The position numbers and the translations under genes were made by a program. Below are positions 39,916 through 50,686 of a stretch of 64,000 nt of DNA, in pieces; the stretch's first letter is position 1; each line of letters begins with the position of its first letter. Below the pieces are notes generated by a model, which was not told where the DNA came from, did not search any database, and saw nothing but the letters and a program-made list of their open reading frames with translations. The stretch comes from an uncultured Gemmataceae bacterium (lineage in GTDB: Bacteria; Planctomycetota; Planctomycetia; Gemmatales; Gemmataceae): contig CAVVPN010000003.1 in NCBI GenBank assembly GCA_963750165.1, positions 2,208,001 to 2,272,000 of the forward strand. The letters are read 5' to 3'.

Positions 39916-42900
39916 GTGTTCTCCCGCTTCTTCATCGACCGCCCCATTTTCGCGTGGGTGATTTCCATCGTCATCACCCTGGCCGGCGGCGTGGCCCTGT
40001 TCGCGCTGCCGGTGGCGCAGTACCCGGACATCACGCCGCCGACCGTGGAGGTGTCCGCGGTCTATCCCGGCGCCAACGCCAGGGTCGTCGCCGACACCGT
40101 CGCCGCCCCGATTGAGCAGCAGGTCAACGGCGTCGAGGGCATGATGTACATGTCCTCGCAGTGTGCCAACGACGGCTCCTATACGCTGACGATCACCTTC
40201 AAACCGGGCTCAGACCTGAACATCGCCCAGGTGCTGGTGCAGAACCGTGTGTCGCTGGCCGAGCCGGTGCTGCCCGACCTGGTGAAGCGCCGCGGCATCT
40301 CCGTCAAGAAGAAGTCGCCCAACGTGCTCATGATCGTCAACCTGTTCTCGAAGGACGACAGCCAAACCAACCTGGAGCTGAGCAACTTCGCCACTATCCG
40401 CATCCGCGACGAGCTATCGCGCCTGGCGGGCGTCGGCGACATCACCTACCTCGGCCAGCGCGACTACAGCATGCGCGTCTGGCTCGACCCGCAAAAATTG
40501 GCGTCGTACAACCTCATCCCGCAGGACATCATCAAGGCGGTTGAGGCCCAGAACATCCAGGTGGCCGCCGGCCAGATCGGCCAGCCGCCCACGCCGCGCG
40601 GCCAGGTGTCGCAGTACATCATCACCATCGAGGGCCGCCTGGAGAACGTCGAGCAATTTTCCAACATCGTCGTCAAGAGCACCAATGGCTCGCTGGTGTA
40701 TCTCAAGGACGTGGCCGGCCTGGAACTGGGCGCCCAGTCCTACGACCAGACCTGCACGCTGGACACGAAGCCGTCGGTGGCGTTGTCGGTTTATCAGCTG
40801 CCCGGCTCCAACGCCCTGGAGGTCGCCCGCCGCGTCAAGGACCGCATGAAGCACCTGAAAAAAAGCTGGTCGCCCGGCGTCGATTACGCCATCGTCTACG
40901 ACACGACGCCGTTCATCCAGGAGTCCATTAACGAGGTCTTCCACACGCTGCGCGACGCGGTGATCCTCGTGGCCATCGTGGTGCTGTTCTTCCTGCAGGA
41001 CTGGCGGGCGATGATTCTGCCGATGATTGACGTACCTGTGTCACTGATCGGCACCTTCGCGGTCATGGCGGTGCTGGGCTTTTCGCTGAACAACCTGACG
41101 CTGTTCGGCCTGGTGCTGGCCATCGGCATCGTCGTTGATGACGCCATTGTCGTGCTGGAGAACATCGAGCGCCTGATTGCCACGGGGCTGGACACGCGCA
41201 ACGCCACCATCAAGGCAATGGAGGAAATCACCGGGCCGATCATCGCCATCACACTGGTGCTGTGTTCGGTGTTCCTGCCGAGCGTGTTCATCACCGGCAT
41301 CACCGGTCAGTTCTACCGCCAGTTCGCGCTGACGATTTCGGTGGCGATGATTATCTCGGCCATCAACGCGCTGACGCTGACGCCGAGCCGGGCGGTGGTG
41401 ATCTTCAAGCAGGAGGCGGGCCATCACGGCCACAAGCGCGAGGCGCTGCCGTGGTGGTTCTTCGGGCTCCTGGGCGGCCTCGGAACGCTGTGGCTGCTGC
41501 CGCCGCTGCTGGCCGAGCACCTGGGGATGCCCGAACTGGCGGCGCACGGCCACCGCCATTACGACAGTGACGCCCCGTGGTGGCTGGCGCACGTCGTGAA
41601 CGTCGCCACGTTCACGCCGGGCCTGTTGCTCGGTCTGGTGGTCGGCTGGCTGTGCATCCGGCCGGTGAATGCGGTGCTGGCGGTGGTTTTCCGCGCCTTC
41701 AACCGCTGCTTCGACGTGGTGACGGCGATCTACGGCCGGCTGGTGGGCCGGCTGCTGCGCGTGAGCGTGCTGGTGCTGGCGGCCTACGGCGGCCTGCTGT
41801 ACCTGACGTACACGGGCTTCACCACGACGCCGACCGGCTTCATCCCGGCGCAGGACAAGGGCTACCTGCTGGTCAACGTGCAGCTGCCGGACGCCGCCTC
41901 GGTGACGCGCACGCGCGCGGTGGTGGAGAAGATCGAAAAGATCGCCCTGGAGACGCCCGGGGTCAAGCACAGCGTTGCCATTTCGGGACAATCGATCCTG
42001 ATGGGCGCCAACGCCTCCAACTTCGGGTCGCTGTACCTGATGCTGGACGACTTCGAGGACCGCACCGGGCCGGAGCGGACCAGCGAGGCCATCACCGCGG
42101 CGCTGCAGGAGCGCATCCAGAAGGAGGTGCCGCGGGCGGTGGTGAACATCTTCGGGGCGCCGCCGGTGGAGGGCCTGGGCACGGCCGGCGGCTTCAAGAT
42201 TGTCGTGCTGGACACGGGCAACAACGGCCTGAAGACGCTGCAGGACACGGCCGACCGGGCGGTGGTCGCGGGCGAAAAGACCCCGCACCTGCAGGGGCTG
42301 TTCAGCAGCTTCCGCGCCGACACGCCGTGGCTGGAACTCATCATTGATCGTCCGCAGGCGAAGGATCGCGGCGTGTCGATTGACGACGTGCGGACCACCG
42401 TGGAGCAGACGTTCGGGCCGTACTACATCAACGATTTCAACCGCTTCGGCCGCACCTGGCAGGTGACAGTGCAGGCGCAGCACGAGTACCGCCAGACGGC
42501 GGAGGACCTGAAGCTGCTGGAGGTGCTCAACAACAAGGGCGAGCGGGTGCCGCTGGCGGCATTTGCGAAGGTGCGCTACGTGCCCGGCCCGGTGACGATC
42601 ATGCGCTACAACATGTACGAGGCCGCGGCGATCCACGCCGAGGCCGGGCCGGGCACCAGTTCCGGCCAGGCCATTGACGCCCTGGAGGCCGCCGCCAACG
42701 AGCAGTTGCCGCAGACCATGCGCGCCGAGTGGACCGAGCTGGGCTTCTTGCAGTTGCAGACCGGCAACACGGCGATCATTGTGTTCTTCCTGGCGGTGGT
42801 GCTGGTGTTCCTGGTGCTGGCGGCCCAGTACGAAAGCTGGTCGCTGCCGCTGGCCGTCATCCTCGTCGTGCCCATGTGCTTGCTGTGCGCCATCACCGGC

Positions 42901-43305
42901 GTGGTGCTGGCGAAGATGGACATCAACATCTTTACCCAGATCGGCTTCATCGTGCTGGTCGGCCTGGCGTGCAAGAACGCGATCTTGATTGTCGAGTTCG
43001 CGAAGGCACAGCACGAGACGGGCCTGTCGCGCTGGGAGGCGACGGTGCTGGCGTGCCGGCTGCGGCTGCGGCCGATCATCATGACGAGTTTCGCGTTCAT
43101 TCTCGGCGTGGTGCCGCTGATGCTGTCGGAGGGGGCCGGGGCGGAGATGCGGCGGACGCTGGGCACGGCGGTGTTCGCGGGCATGCTCGGCGTGACGCTG
43201 TTCGGCATCTTTTTGACGCCGGTGTTTTATTATGTGATTCAGTGGTTCAAGGACTGGCGCGGTCACGGCACGACGGCACCGGTTGAGCATGAGGGGCACG
43301 GCTAG
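39916..43305 (+). CDS. RND efflux permease (HAE1/AcrB family), copy 2
   Basis: FFIDRPIFA, GIVVDDAIVV, KNAILIVEFA, RLRPIIMTS. Confidence 0.95.
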   Translation: MFSRFFIDRPIFAWVISIVITLAGGVALFALPVAQYPDITPPTVEVSAVYPGANARVVADTVAAPIEQQVNGVEGMMYMSSQCANDGSYTLTITFKPGSDLNIAQVLVQNRVSLAEPVLPDLVKRRGISVKKKSPNVLMIVNLFSKDDSQTNLELSNFATIRIRDELSRLAGVGDITYLGQRDYSMRVWLDPQKLASYNLIPQDIIKAVEAQNIQVAAGQIGQPPTPRGQVSQYIITIEGRLENVEQFSNIVVKSTNGSLVYLKDVAGLELGAQSYDQTCTLDTKPSVALSVYQLPGSNALEVARRVKDRMKHLKKSWSPGVDYAIVYDTTPFIQESINEVFHTLRDAVILVAIVVLFFLQDWRAMILPMIDVPVSLIGTFAVMAVLGFSLNNLTLFGLVLAIGIVVDDAIVVLENIERLIATGLDTRNATIKAMEEITGPIIAITLVLCSVFLPSVFITGITGQFYRQFALTISVAMIISAINALTLTPSRAVVIFKQEAGHHGHKREALPWWFFGLLGGLGTLWLLPPLLAEHLGMPELAAHGHRHYDSDAPWWLAHVVNVATFTPGLLLGLVVGWLCIRPVNAVLAVVFRAFNRCFDVVTAIYGRLVGRLLRVSVLVLAAYGGLLYLTYTGFTTTPTGFIPAQDKGYLLVNVQLPDAASVTRTRAVVEKIEKIALETPGVKHSVAISGQSILMGANASNFGSLYLMLDDFEDRTGPERTSEAITAALQERIQKEVPRAVVNIFGAPPVEGLGTAGGFKIVVLDTGNNGLKTLQDTADRAVVAGEKTPHLQGLFSSFRADTPWLELIIDRPQAKDRGVSIDDVRTTVEQTFGPYYINDFNRFGRTWQVTVQAQHEYRQTAEDLKLLEVLNNKGERVPLAAFAKVRYVPGPVTIMRYNMYEAAAIHAEAGPGTSSGQAIDALEAAANEQLPQTMRAEWTELGFLQLQTGNTAIIVFFLAVVLVFLVLAAQYESWSLPLAVILVVPMCLLCAITGVVLAKMDINIFTQIGFIVLVGLACKNAILIVEFAKAQHETGLSRWEATVLACRLRLRPIIMTSFAFILGVVPLMLSEGAGAEMRRTLGTAVFAGMLGVTLFGIFLTPVFYYVIQWFKDWRGHGTTAPVEHEGHG

Positions 43306-43341
43306 CGCGGCCTGGGCGGGCCGCGCTAGCATGTTGCCCTG

Positions 43342-43828
43342 TTAGCGCTCATCTTCAGAAAAGGCGTGGCGTAGGGCGCAGAATTCCACAGCCAGGCGGG
43401 CGAGGACCTGCTCGCACCGCTCCGGGTCGTTTTCCAGGCTGGACCTGACCCATTCCAGGACATGAAAGCACAGCAGTTCTGCGTCGGTGGCGTCGAGTCG
43501 CTCGTAGCGCAGCATTTTGCAGACGTGCGGCAGCGAATCGCTGGCCGCCAGCCGAAACTGCTCCGTGGCCGCGGTCAGCGTCATTCGGCCGGCGATCAAC
43601 TCCTGCGTCGCGGCTTCCTTGCGTTCCACAACTTCCTGGAGGTGTTCGTCCAGGCGCGACAGGTCCGCCAGCCGCTGTTCCTCGCGGCGGAGCTGGCTCA
43701 GCAGCTCGGGCAGGGACCACACGTCCAGTCCCAGGTCGGCCAGCCAGGCGGGTTGCAGCGTGCAGCAACCCACCGCCAGCGTGGCCACCAGCAACAGCCC
43801 GGCCGTCATACGCAGTAAAGAAAGCATG
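43342..43828 (-). CDS. Hypothetical helical protein with an N-terminal hydrophobic segment
   Basis: GGAG RBS; MLSLLRMTAGLLLVATLAVGCC; WLADLGLDVWSLPEL; coiled-coil-like body. Confidence 0.65.
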
Positions 43829-44193
43829 AGGAATCTCCTCTTGGGGGTAGGTTGAGGGGGCGATGGTGGGCTGTCCACGGGCGCGGACGGTTGGCGGGAG
43901 AGGAGAGTAGATTACCAGGCACCGGCGGGGACGGTGTGTTGGCCTGGTAAAGACACGATGAGGATTAACCGGCGGTACATTGACTGACCATAAAAGGAGG
44001 AAAAGCAAGTCGCGTGCCGGAGACACTGCGACGTGGGAAGTGGTTGAAATTGCGGCAGATAGCGTCGGTCGGCGGCGCCGCCGCCGCGGGACGGTGGGGC
44101 GCGGCTGCGCAGGCAGCGGGCAACGTTGCCGCGCCGCCGCGCAACACCACGCTATGACCCGTCTTTCTGCCGCTTACGGCGTAGCGGTCTTAA

Positions 44194-44257
44194 CGTGGGG
44201 CAGACATTCCTGTCTGCCATCTTTCAAAGATCGGCAGACAGGAATGTCTGCCCCACG
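44194..44257. repeat. REP-like palindrome pair
   Basis: CGTGGGGCAGACATTCCTGTCTGCC...GGCAGACAGGAATGTCTGCCCCACG; half copy near 36076. Confidence 0.88.
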
Positions 44258-44277
44258 AAGAAGAGCGGCCGATCCGC

Positions 44278-47200
44278 TTATTTCGCCGCCGCCAGCACCT
44301 TTTTCCGCGCCTCGCGGGCGGCCCGGCTGACGGTCTCGTCCGCGTCCTTGACGGCGGCCTCCAGGGTCGGCAGCACCGCGTTGCGGTCGAACTGGCCGAG
44401 TTCGCCCAGCGCGAACACTGCCGCGGCCCGTACCTCCGGCTCGGCGTCCCTGGCCGCGACGCACAACGCTGGAATGGCGGCGGTCGCCTTCGGGCCGATG
44501 TCCGCCAGCGCGTACGCCACCAGGGCCCGCACCCCGGCCTGCTTGTCCGTCAGCGCGGCGCCCAGCCGCTTCACCGCCCCCTCGGCGGCCGGCCCCAGAA
44601 CGCCCAGCACCTGGGCCGCGGCGCTGCGGAACTCCATCGGTTGACCCTGGTCCTCCAGCACCTCCAGCAGCGTATTCACGTCGCCGGCGTCGGGCCGGCC
44701 GATCTGCGTCAGCGCGGCGTTCGCCGCCTTGCGCACGTGGTCGTTCGGCTCGACCTTGCTGGAGAACAGCAGCGCCGTGTACGCCACCCGGGCGCGAACG
44801 CCCACCTTGGCCCGCTCCTCCGCGACGGCGATCCTGGCCAGCGCCTCGGCGGCGGCAGCGCGGATGTTCGGGTCGGAGTCCTCCAGCGCCGGATCAGCGC
44901 CGGCAGCGCCTTGCGTCCCTCAACGCCCAGCCCACCCAGCGCCACCGCGGCGCTGGTGCGCACCGCCTCATCCTCGTCGGCCAGCACCTTGATGAGCGCC
45001 GGCACCGCCACCTCCTTGACCAGCGCCGCCGCCTCCGGCCGGGCGCCGAGCCTGCCCAGCGTCTCCGCCGCCATGACGCGCTGCACCCCCTTCAACTCCT
45101 TCTGGGCCTGGGCGGCGTCGCTCAGCACCTTGACGACCTCCCGCCACACCGGCTCGGGCAGCTGCTTGACCGACCCCAGCGCCTGCGCCGCCTGCAGACG
45201 CACCGACAACTTGAGGTCCGCCAGGGCATCGCTCAGGGCGTCGCGGGCCACCTTGTCCTCTGGCCCGATCTCGCCCAGGGCGTAGGCCGCGCGCGACCGC
45301 AGTTCCTCGCTGTTCTTGTCGTTTTTCAGGGCGGCGGCCAGCGCGGGCACGGCCTCGGCCGCCTTCGGCCCGATGGCCGCCAGGGCGAACGCCGCCGTCG
45401 TGGCCACGGACTCCTCCTGATCCTTGAGCGCCTGGGCCAGCGCCTTGACCGCCGGGTGGGCATCGCGGTTCAGCATCCACAGGGTCACCGCCGCGGAGGT
45501 GCGATAGCTCGGCCGCCGCGGGTCTTCCAGGGCCTGCACCAGCAACGGCACGTCGGCGCACGTCGGCCGGCCGATCTCCTTCATCGCGTCGCTGGCCGCC
45601 TTGCGAACCTCGGGCATCTCGTCCTTGGCCAGTTCGTTCAGCTGCGGATAACAGGCGCGGGCGGCCGCGCCGATCAGGCCCAGTGTTTCCGCCGCCGCCG
45701 TCCGCACCGATGGGCTCTTGTCCTTGAGCGCCTCCTCCAGTTCCGGCACCGCCGCTGCCGCCTTCTTTTTGAGCGCTCCCAGAACGTGGATCGCATGGCT
45801 GCGCACCGCCTCGTCCTCCTTTTCGCCCAGCAGCTCGACGAGCGCCGGCACCACCGTTTTGGCATCGCCCTGAATGGACCACAGCGCCCGGGCCGCGTAC
45901 GGCCGCACGCCTGCCACCTTGTCGTTGAGCAGTTCGGTCAGCACGGGCACCGCTTCCCGGGCCCTGGGGCCGAAGGCGGCCAGGGTGTAGGCGGCGTAGG
46001 CCCGGAAGAGCGGGTCGTGATGTTTCAGAGCGGCGGTCAGCGCCGGGACGGCCCGCGGGTCGGGGCCGACAGCCCGCAGCGCGTAGGCCGCCCGGCCACG
46101 CACCGCCGGGTCCGAGTCCTTCAGCGCCGCGCACAGGGCCGGCACCGCCTTGGCCAACTCGGCGGCCCTATCCCTGTCCTTCGCGGCCTTGTGCTCGGCG
46201 ATCTGTTGCAGCATGTAGGCCGCCGTCTGCCGCAGTTCCAGGTCGGTGGACTTCAGGCCCTTGAGCAGCGCGGGCAGTCCCTGCAAATTGCTCCGGGTCA
46301 CCCACAGCGCCTGGGCGGCGTACAGTTCCAGCTTGAGGTTGCCGCTGTTCAGGGCCGTCCGCAGTTGCGGCTCGGCGTTGGCAGCGGCCGGGCCGATGGC
46401 GGTCAGTGCCTGGGCCACCTGCCAGCGCACCTTGGGGTTGGGGTCGCCCATCAGGGCGGCGAGCGGTTCGGCGGCTTTCTTGGCGGCGTCGCCCAGGTTG
46501 GCCAGGCTCAGGGCGGCCCGGCCGCGCACCGCCGGGTCCTGCTCCTTCAAGCCGGCCAGGAGCACGGGGAACACCTGCTCGGCGTCGTCCTTCTTCTTCC
46601 GCGATAGCGCCGACAGCGCGTTGGCGGCGCTGATGCGGACATGCGGGTCGCTGTCGTTCAGCGCTTCCTGCAGGGCCGGGGCGCTGAGGCGGGCCTCGGT
46701 CGGCACCAGGCCGAGCCCCTGTGCCGCGGCGGAGCGCAGCAGGGCGCTGCGGTCCTTGAGCTTTTCCAGGAGCATGCCCACGTCGGCCTCGGTCGGCGAC
46801 CCGACGCGCCGGGCAGCCGCGCCGGCCTTGGTGCGAACGGTGTCGCTAACGTCGGTGGCTTCGGTTTCCAGCAGGGCCGGGTAGCTGACGCGCGCCGGCG
46901 GCCCGATCTGGCCCAGCGCCTCGGCGGCCGCGGCGCGCAGGGTTGCCTGGTCGTCGTGCAGCAGGCCCATCAGCTCCAGAGCGGGGTCGCCCAGGCGCCG
47001 GGCCAGATCGTTGAGGGCGAACACCGCCTTGAGCCGCGTGTCCCGGTTGGCGTCCTTGAGGTCCTGGCGCAGCGAATCAATGGTGGTGAGCGGTTTCGGC
47101 TGGGGAGGCTGCTCCGGCGGCGGGCCGGGGGTGACACTGGCGGGGGCGTTGGTGGCGAGCACGGCGAACAGCAGCGCCTGGGCGTTGACCAGGATGGCGG

Positions 47201-47819
47201 CGATCGGCAGGGCCAGGCCCTTCTCCTGGCGTGTCCGCAGGGCGGCAACGGCGGCGCCGCCGAGCAGCACGCCGAGAACGCCCAGGCCGACGCCAAGCAG
47301 GCCCTGCCGTGTCAGCGTCGTCAGCGCCCAGGCGGCCAGGCCCAGGGCCAGCGCCAGCAGCGCCAGCGTCACGACGCCCTGCGCCCCGCCCGAAACGCCG
47401 CGCACCACCGCGCCGGGCAGTTCGACCACCAGCGATGTCAGCCGGCGCTGCGGCCGCTTCGGTGCCGGCGGGGCGGTCGGGGTCGGCACCGCCGCCGGCA
47501 GGGCGGCCGGTCGCGGCAGGGCCAGGAACGGGGCCGCCATCACCGCGACGGGCACGGCCGGCTCCGGGGTGGGCGCCAGGTCGAGTTCCGGCACCGCAGC
47601 TGGCGGCGCGGCCGCCGCCGCCACGGGTTCCCGCGCTGCGCCGTCCGCCGACAGGGGCATGGCCGGCGGCGACACGTCGGGCGGCGGCGCGGCCGGGGCC
47701 GAGGCCTCGGTGGCGGCGAAGGCATGTTCGCAACGCGGGCATTTGACGACGCGCCCGTTCATGGTGCTGGGCACGTGAAAGTTGTGCTGACAGGATGGGC
47801 ACGCGACGCCGAGCGGCAT
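44278..47819 (-). CDS. Zinc-ribbon, multi-TM, long HEAT-repeat protein (frameshift near 44890)
   Basis: CPSCQ..VKCPRCE; three hydrophobic segments; many L.D....VR..AA.ALG units; the tail continues in ORF 44278..44805. Confidence 0.85.
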
Positions 47820-48081
47820 AATGGTCCCTTTACGCGGGGGAATGGCCGGGCGAACCAGAGCGGGCGCTGCGGGGTTTCCTTCCATGATACTCTCTATCTT
47901 GCGGCGCCGCCGCCACCGCACGCAAGGGAAAAAACGCCCGGGGGAAATTGGTGTTTGCAAGTGCCGCGGCGGTGCCGTAAGTTGGGGGTAGTTGGGAAAA
48001 AAATTCGCCGCCCGATCCAACGACCGCGGCGGTCGTGCGTTCTAGTAGATGGACGTTCTGATCCGCCGAAGGAGTCTGCTC

Positions 48082-49782
48082 ATGAAGTCCGTGTGCCGGC
48101 TGGTGCTCGTGGCTGGGTTGTCCGCGGTGGTGCTGCTGCCGGCGCTGCCGGAACTGGCGGCCCAGCACCCCTGTCAATACGCCATGCAGGTACACACGTA
48201 CCACATGCAGATGCAGCAGCAGGTGCATTTCCAGCAGATGCAGCACCAGCAAATGCAGATGCACCAGTATCACCTGCAGCAACAGCAGCAGATGATGCAA
48301 CTCCACCAGCAGCACCTGCAGATGGTCCATCAAGCGAACCAGCTCCAGCAGCACAAGATGGCCTTGCAGACGCAGCAGCAGATGCTGAGCAGGACGACGG
48401 GGCATTTGCAGAACACGGTGCACCATCTGAGCACGAACCAGCAGTGCCGGGTGGTGCCGATCACCCATGGCAATGTGGGCCGGCCGCCCACGGCGCTGGT
48501 TCACAACCACAGCAACGTGCTCACCGGCACGAACACCCAGCTGCACATCCAAACCAATCACCTGGCGAAGGTCAGCCAGCAACTGCACACCCCGTCGCGC
48601 ACCCTCTCGACGACCGCGCTGGCCTTGCACACGCAGGCGAAGACGCTGACGACCGTCGCCAGGCAGCTGCACACGACCGCCACGGCCCTGCACACCGGAT
48701 CGACGAAGCTGAGCACGCAGACCCGAACCGTGTGTACCGGCAAGGACGTGACCGTCGTGACCATCAACTGGAACTGCGCGTCCTGCCACAGGCACATGCA
48801 GCCGACCGGCGGCGGTCCCAACATGCCCACCGCGCTGACACGGCTGGCCCCGTCCGGCCCGCGGATGCCGGTCGCTCGCTTCAATCCGCCAGCGCTGCCG
48901 AAGCCGGTGGGCCGGCAGCCCCAGCCGCCGATGATGGTGGCCCGGCTGCCTCAGCCGCCGGTGATGGTGGGCCGGCAGCCGCAACTGCCAATGATGGGGG
49001 GCCAGCAGCCGAAGTTGTCTGAGCCCGTCGCCAGGAACCGCACGCACCTGCTGACGCCGGTCGCCTATCTCCGGCCGCAGCCGCCGGGTCTCCCGCAGTT
49101 CGTGCAGCAGCCGCCCCCGAACATGGTCCTGCCGCCGCAGGGTATGCCGCTGCCGCAGTTCGCGCTCCAGCCGCCGACGAACCTGCCCATCGGGCTGCTG
49201 CTGAAGTCCACGCCGCCGCTGCTGCCGGAGATCGTGACGCGGCCGACCAGCTGGTCCGCTGGCCTGCCGACCATGATCGCCAGGAAGAAGACGCCGCGCA
49301 AGGAGATGACGCCGACCACCAGCACCCGTCCGGATGTGGAATTGCCGGCGGCCGTCGAGGCGCCGCGGTCGAAGCTGGTGCTGACGAAGGAAATGCTGGA
49401 GTTGCCGCCGGCGTTGCTGGTGCCGGTGACGGCGCCGTCCGAACCGGTCGGCTCCGATGGGCGACTGCTGACCGGTGTGCTGCCTGAGTCCGAGCCGACT
49501 ACCAAAGAACCGGTGCTGTCGGTGGTGCATGACGACGGCCTGGAGCGGCCGCCGCTACCGCCGCTGCTGCGGTCCGTCTGGGTGCTGCCCGCAGGCGCTC
49601 CCACGGGTGAGCCGATTGAGGATTTCGACCGCACGGCACCGAGTTTCGCCGGGGACGCACCGGTCACGACCCGGCCGGCGTCGCAGGTCAAGACGACCGC
49701 GACCACCCGGGCGCCCGTGCTGCCGGGCACCGACGCCCCGCCGCTGCTGCCGCTCCCGCCCAGCATCCGCACCGCGAGCTAA
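48082..49782 (+). CDS. Secreted Gln/His-rich, Leu-heptad, CxxCH, Pro-rich protein of unknown function
   Basis: AAGGAG RBS; signal peptide; strongly GC3-biased codons in this frame; CASCH at 48775-48789. Confidence 0.72.
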   Translation: MKSVCRLVLVAGLSAVVLLPALPELAAQHPCQYAMQVHTYHMQMQQQVHFQQMQHQQMQMHQYHLQQQQQMMQLHQQHLQMVHQANQLQQHKMALQTQQQMLSRTTGHLQNTVHHLSTNQQCRVVPITHGNVGRPPTALVHNHSNVLTGTNTQLHIQTNHLAKVSQQLHTPSRTLSTTALALHTQAKTLTTVARQLHTTATALHTGSTKLSTQTRTVCTGKDVTVVTINWNCASCHRHMQPTGGGPNMPTALTRLAPSGPRMPVARFNPPALPKPVGRQPQPPMMVARLPQPPVMVGRQPQLPMMGGQQPKLSEPVARNRTHLLTPVAYLRPQPPGLPQFVQQPPPNMVLPPQGMPLPQFALQPPTNLPIGLLLKSTPPLLPEIVTRPTSWSAGLPTMIARKKTPRKEMTPTTSTRPDVELPAAVEAPRSKLVLTKEMLELPPALLVPVTAPSEPVGSDGRLLTGVLPESEPTTKEPVLSVVHDDGLERPPLPPLLRSVWVLPAGAPTGEPIEDFDRTAPSFAGDAPVTTRPASQVKTTATTRAPVLPGTDAPPLLPLPPSIRTAS

Positions 49783-49791
49783 CGAGGAATC

Positions 49792-49866
49792 GATCCACAG
49801 ATGGAACACAGATAAAGACAAATTCAAATGTCTTTATCTGTGTTCCATCTGTGTCCTCTGTGGATC
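49792..49866. repeat. Inverted CACAGAT-type cassette between convergent genes
   Basis: ATCCACAGATGGAACACAGATAAAGACA...TGTCTTTATCTGTGTTCCATCTGTGTCCTCTGTGGAT. Confidence 0.88.
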
Positions 49867-49873
49867 CGCTTTT

Positions 49874-50506
49874 CTACTTTTTGTTCGGGTCGGCCTGGAT
49901 GCCGGGGTTGGCCGGCAGGAACTGCTCGATCAACGGCAGCAGTTGCTCCAGGTCGATCTTCGCGCCTTCGCCGCCGAACTTGTCCTTCAGCTTCTTCAGC
50001 TTTTCCAGGTCAAAGCCGCCCTTGCCGCCGAATTTTTCCATCAACTTCTTGATGGTTTCCGGATCGAAGTTGCCCTGACCGCCGCCGAATTTTTCCATCA
50101 ACTTCTTCAGCTTCTCCGCGTCGAAGCCCTTGCCGCCGCCGAAGCCGCCGCCTTTCCCGCCTTTCCCGCCCTTGCCGCCCTTGCCGCCGCCGAAGCCACC
50201 TTTCCCGCCCTGGCCCTGGCCGCCCTGACCACCCTGGCCGCCCTGGCCACCGCCAAAGCCGCCTTTCCCGCCCTGACCACCCTGGCCGCCCGCCGCGGGT
50301 TTGTAAAGCTCGTCGAGTTTCTTGAACTCCTCCAGCGAAATCTTGCCGTCGCCGTTGGTGTCCAGCTTCTTGAACAGCGCTTCCAGGTCCGCCTTGCCCT
50401 TGGCCTGAGCTTTGGGTTGTTCCTGTTTGCCGCCCTGCGTGTCGCCGGCCGCCCACGCCGCGCCGGCGAAGAGGGCGAACGCCGCCAGAATCATCCCGTG
50501 CTTCAT
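49874..50506 (-). CDS. Secreted EF-hand protein with Gly-rich repeats
   Basis: Signal peptide; DTNGDGKISLEEF; GGQGGKGGFGG repeats; three FD.E..KKL..KFGG units. Confidence 0.85.
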   Translation of the reverse strand: MKHGMILAAFALFAGAAWAAGDTQGGKQEQPKAQAKGKADLEALFKKLDTNGDGKISLEEFKKLDELYKPAAGGQGGQGGKGGFGGGQGGQGGQGGQGQGGKGGFGGGKGGKGGKGGKGGGFGGGKGFDAEKLKKLMEKFGGGQGNFDPETIKKLMEKFGGKGGFDLEKLKKLKDKFGGEGAKIDLEQLLPLIEQFLPANPGIQADPNKK

Positions 50507-50627
50507 GTGTTGCTCCTGACTGGTTACGGGGATTGCGCCCGTGCGGTGCGCGGGCCGTCACATTCAATAACCCTGTACGGGCCCGATTGTTTCGGAAAGG
50601 CCGACTTCGCTCCGGCTAGCGCGGGGG

Positions 50628-50666
50628 AAAAACAGCGGCGGCCAGTCGTGCGACTGGCCGCCGCTG
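50628..50666 (-). terminator. Intrinsic terminator after the DUF2330-like gene
   Basis: CAGCGGCGGCCAGTCG stem followed by a T5 run on the minus strand. Confidence 0.7.
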
Positions 50667-50686
50667 GGTCGGTGCGTGGTCGCCGC

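Noticed and set aside
35970..43332. Very long antisense ORFs (1248 aa and 763 aa) and similar ones elsewhere
   Set aside because: Typical stop-poor antisense frames of high-GC genes.
43880..44190. Small RNA or ORF in the intergenic gap
   Set aside because: No convincing coding signal or known RNA motif; only a REP-like fragment near 44169.
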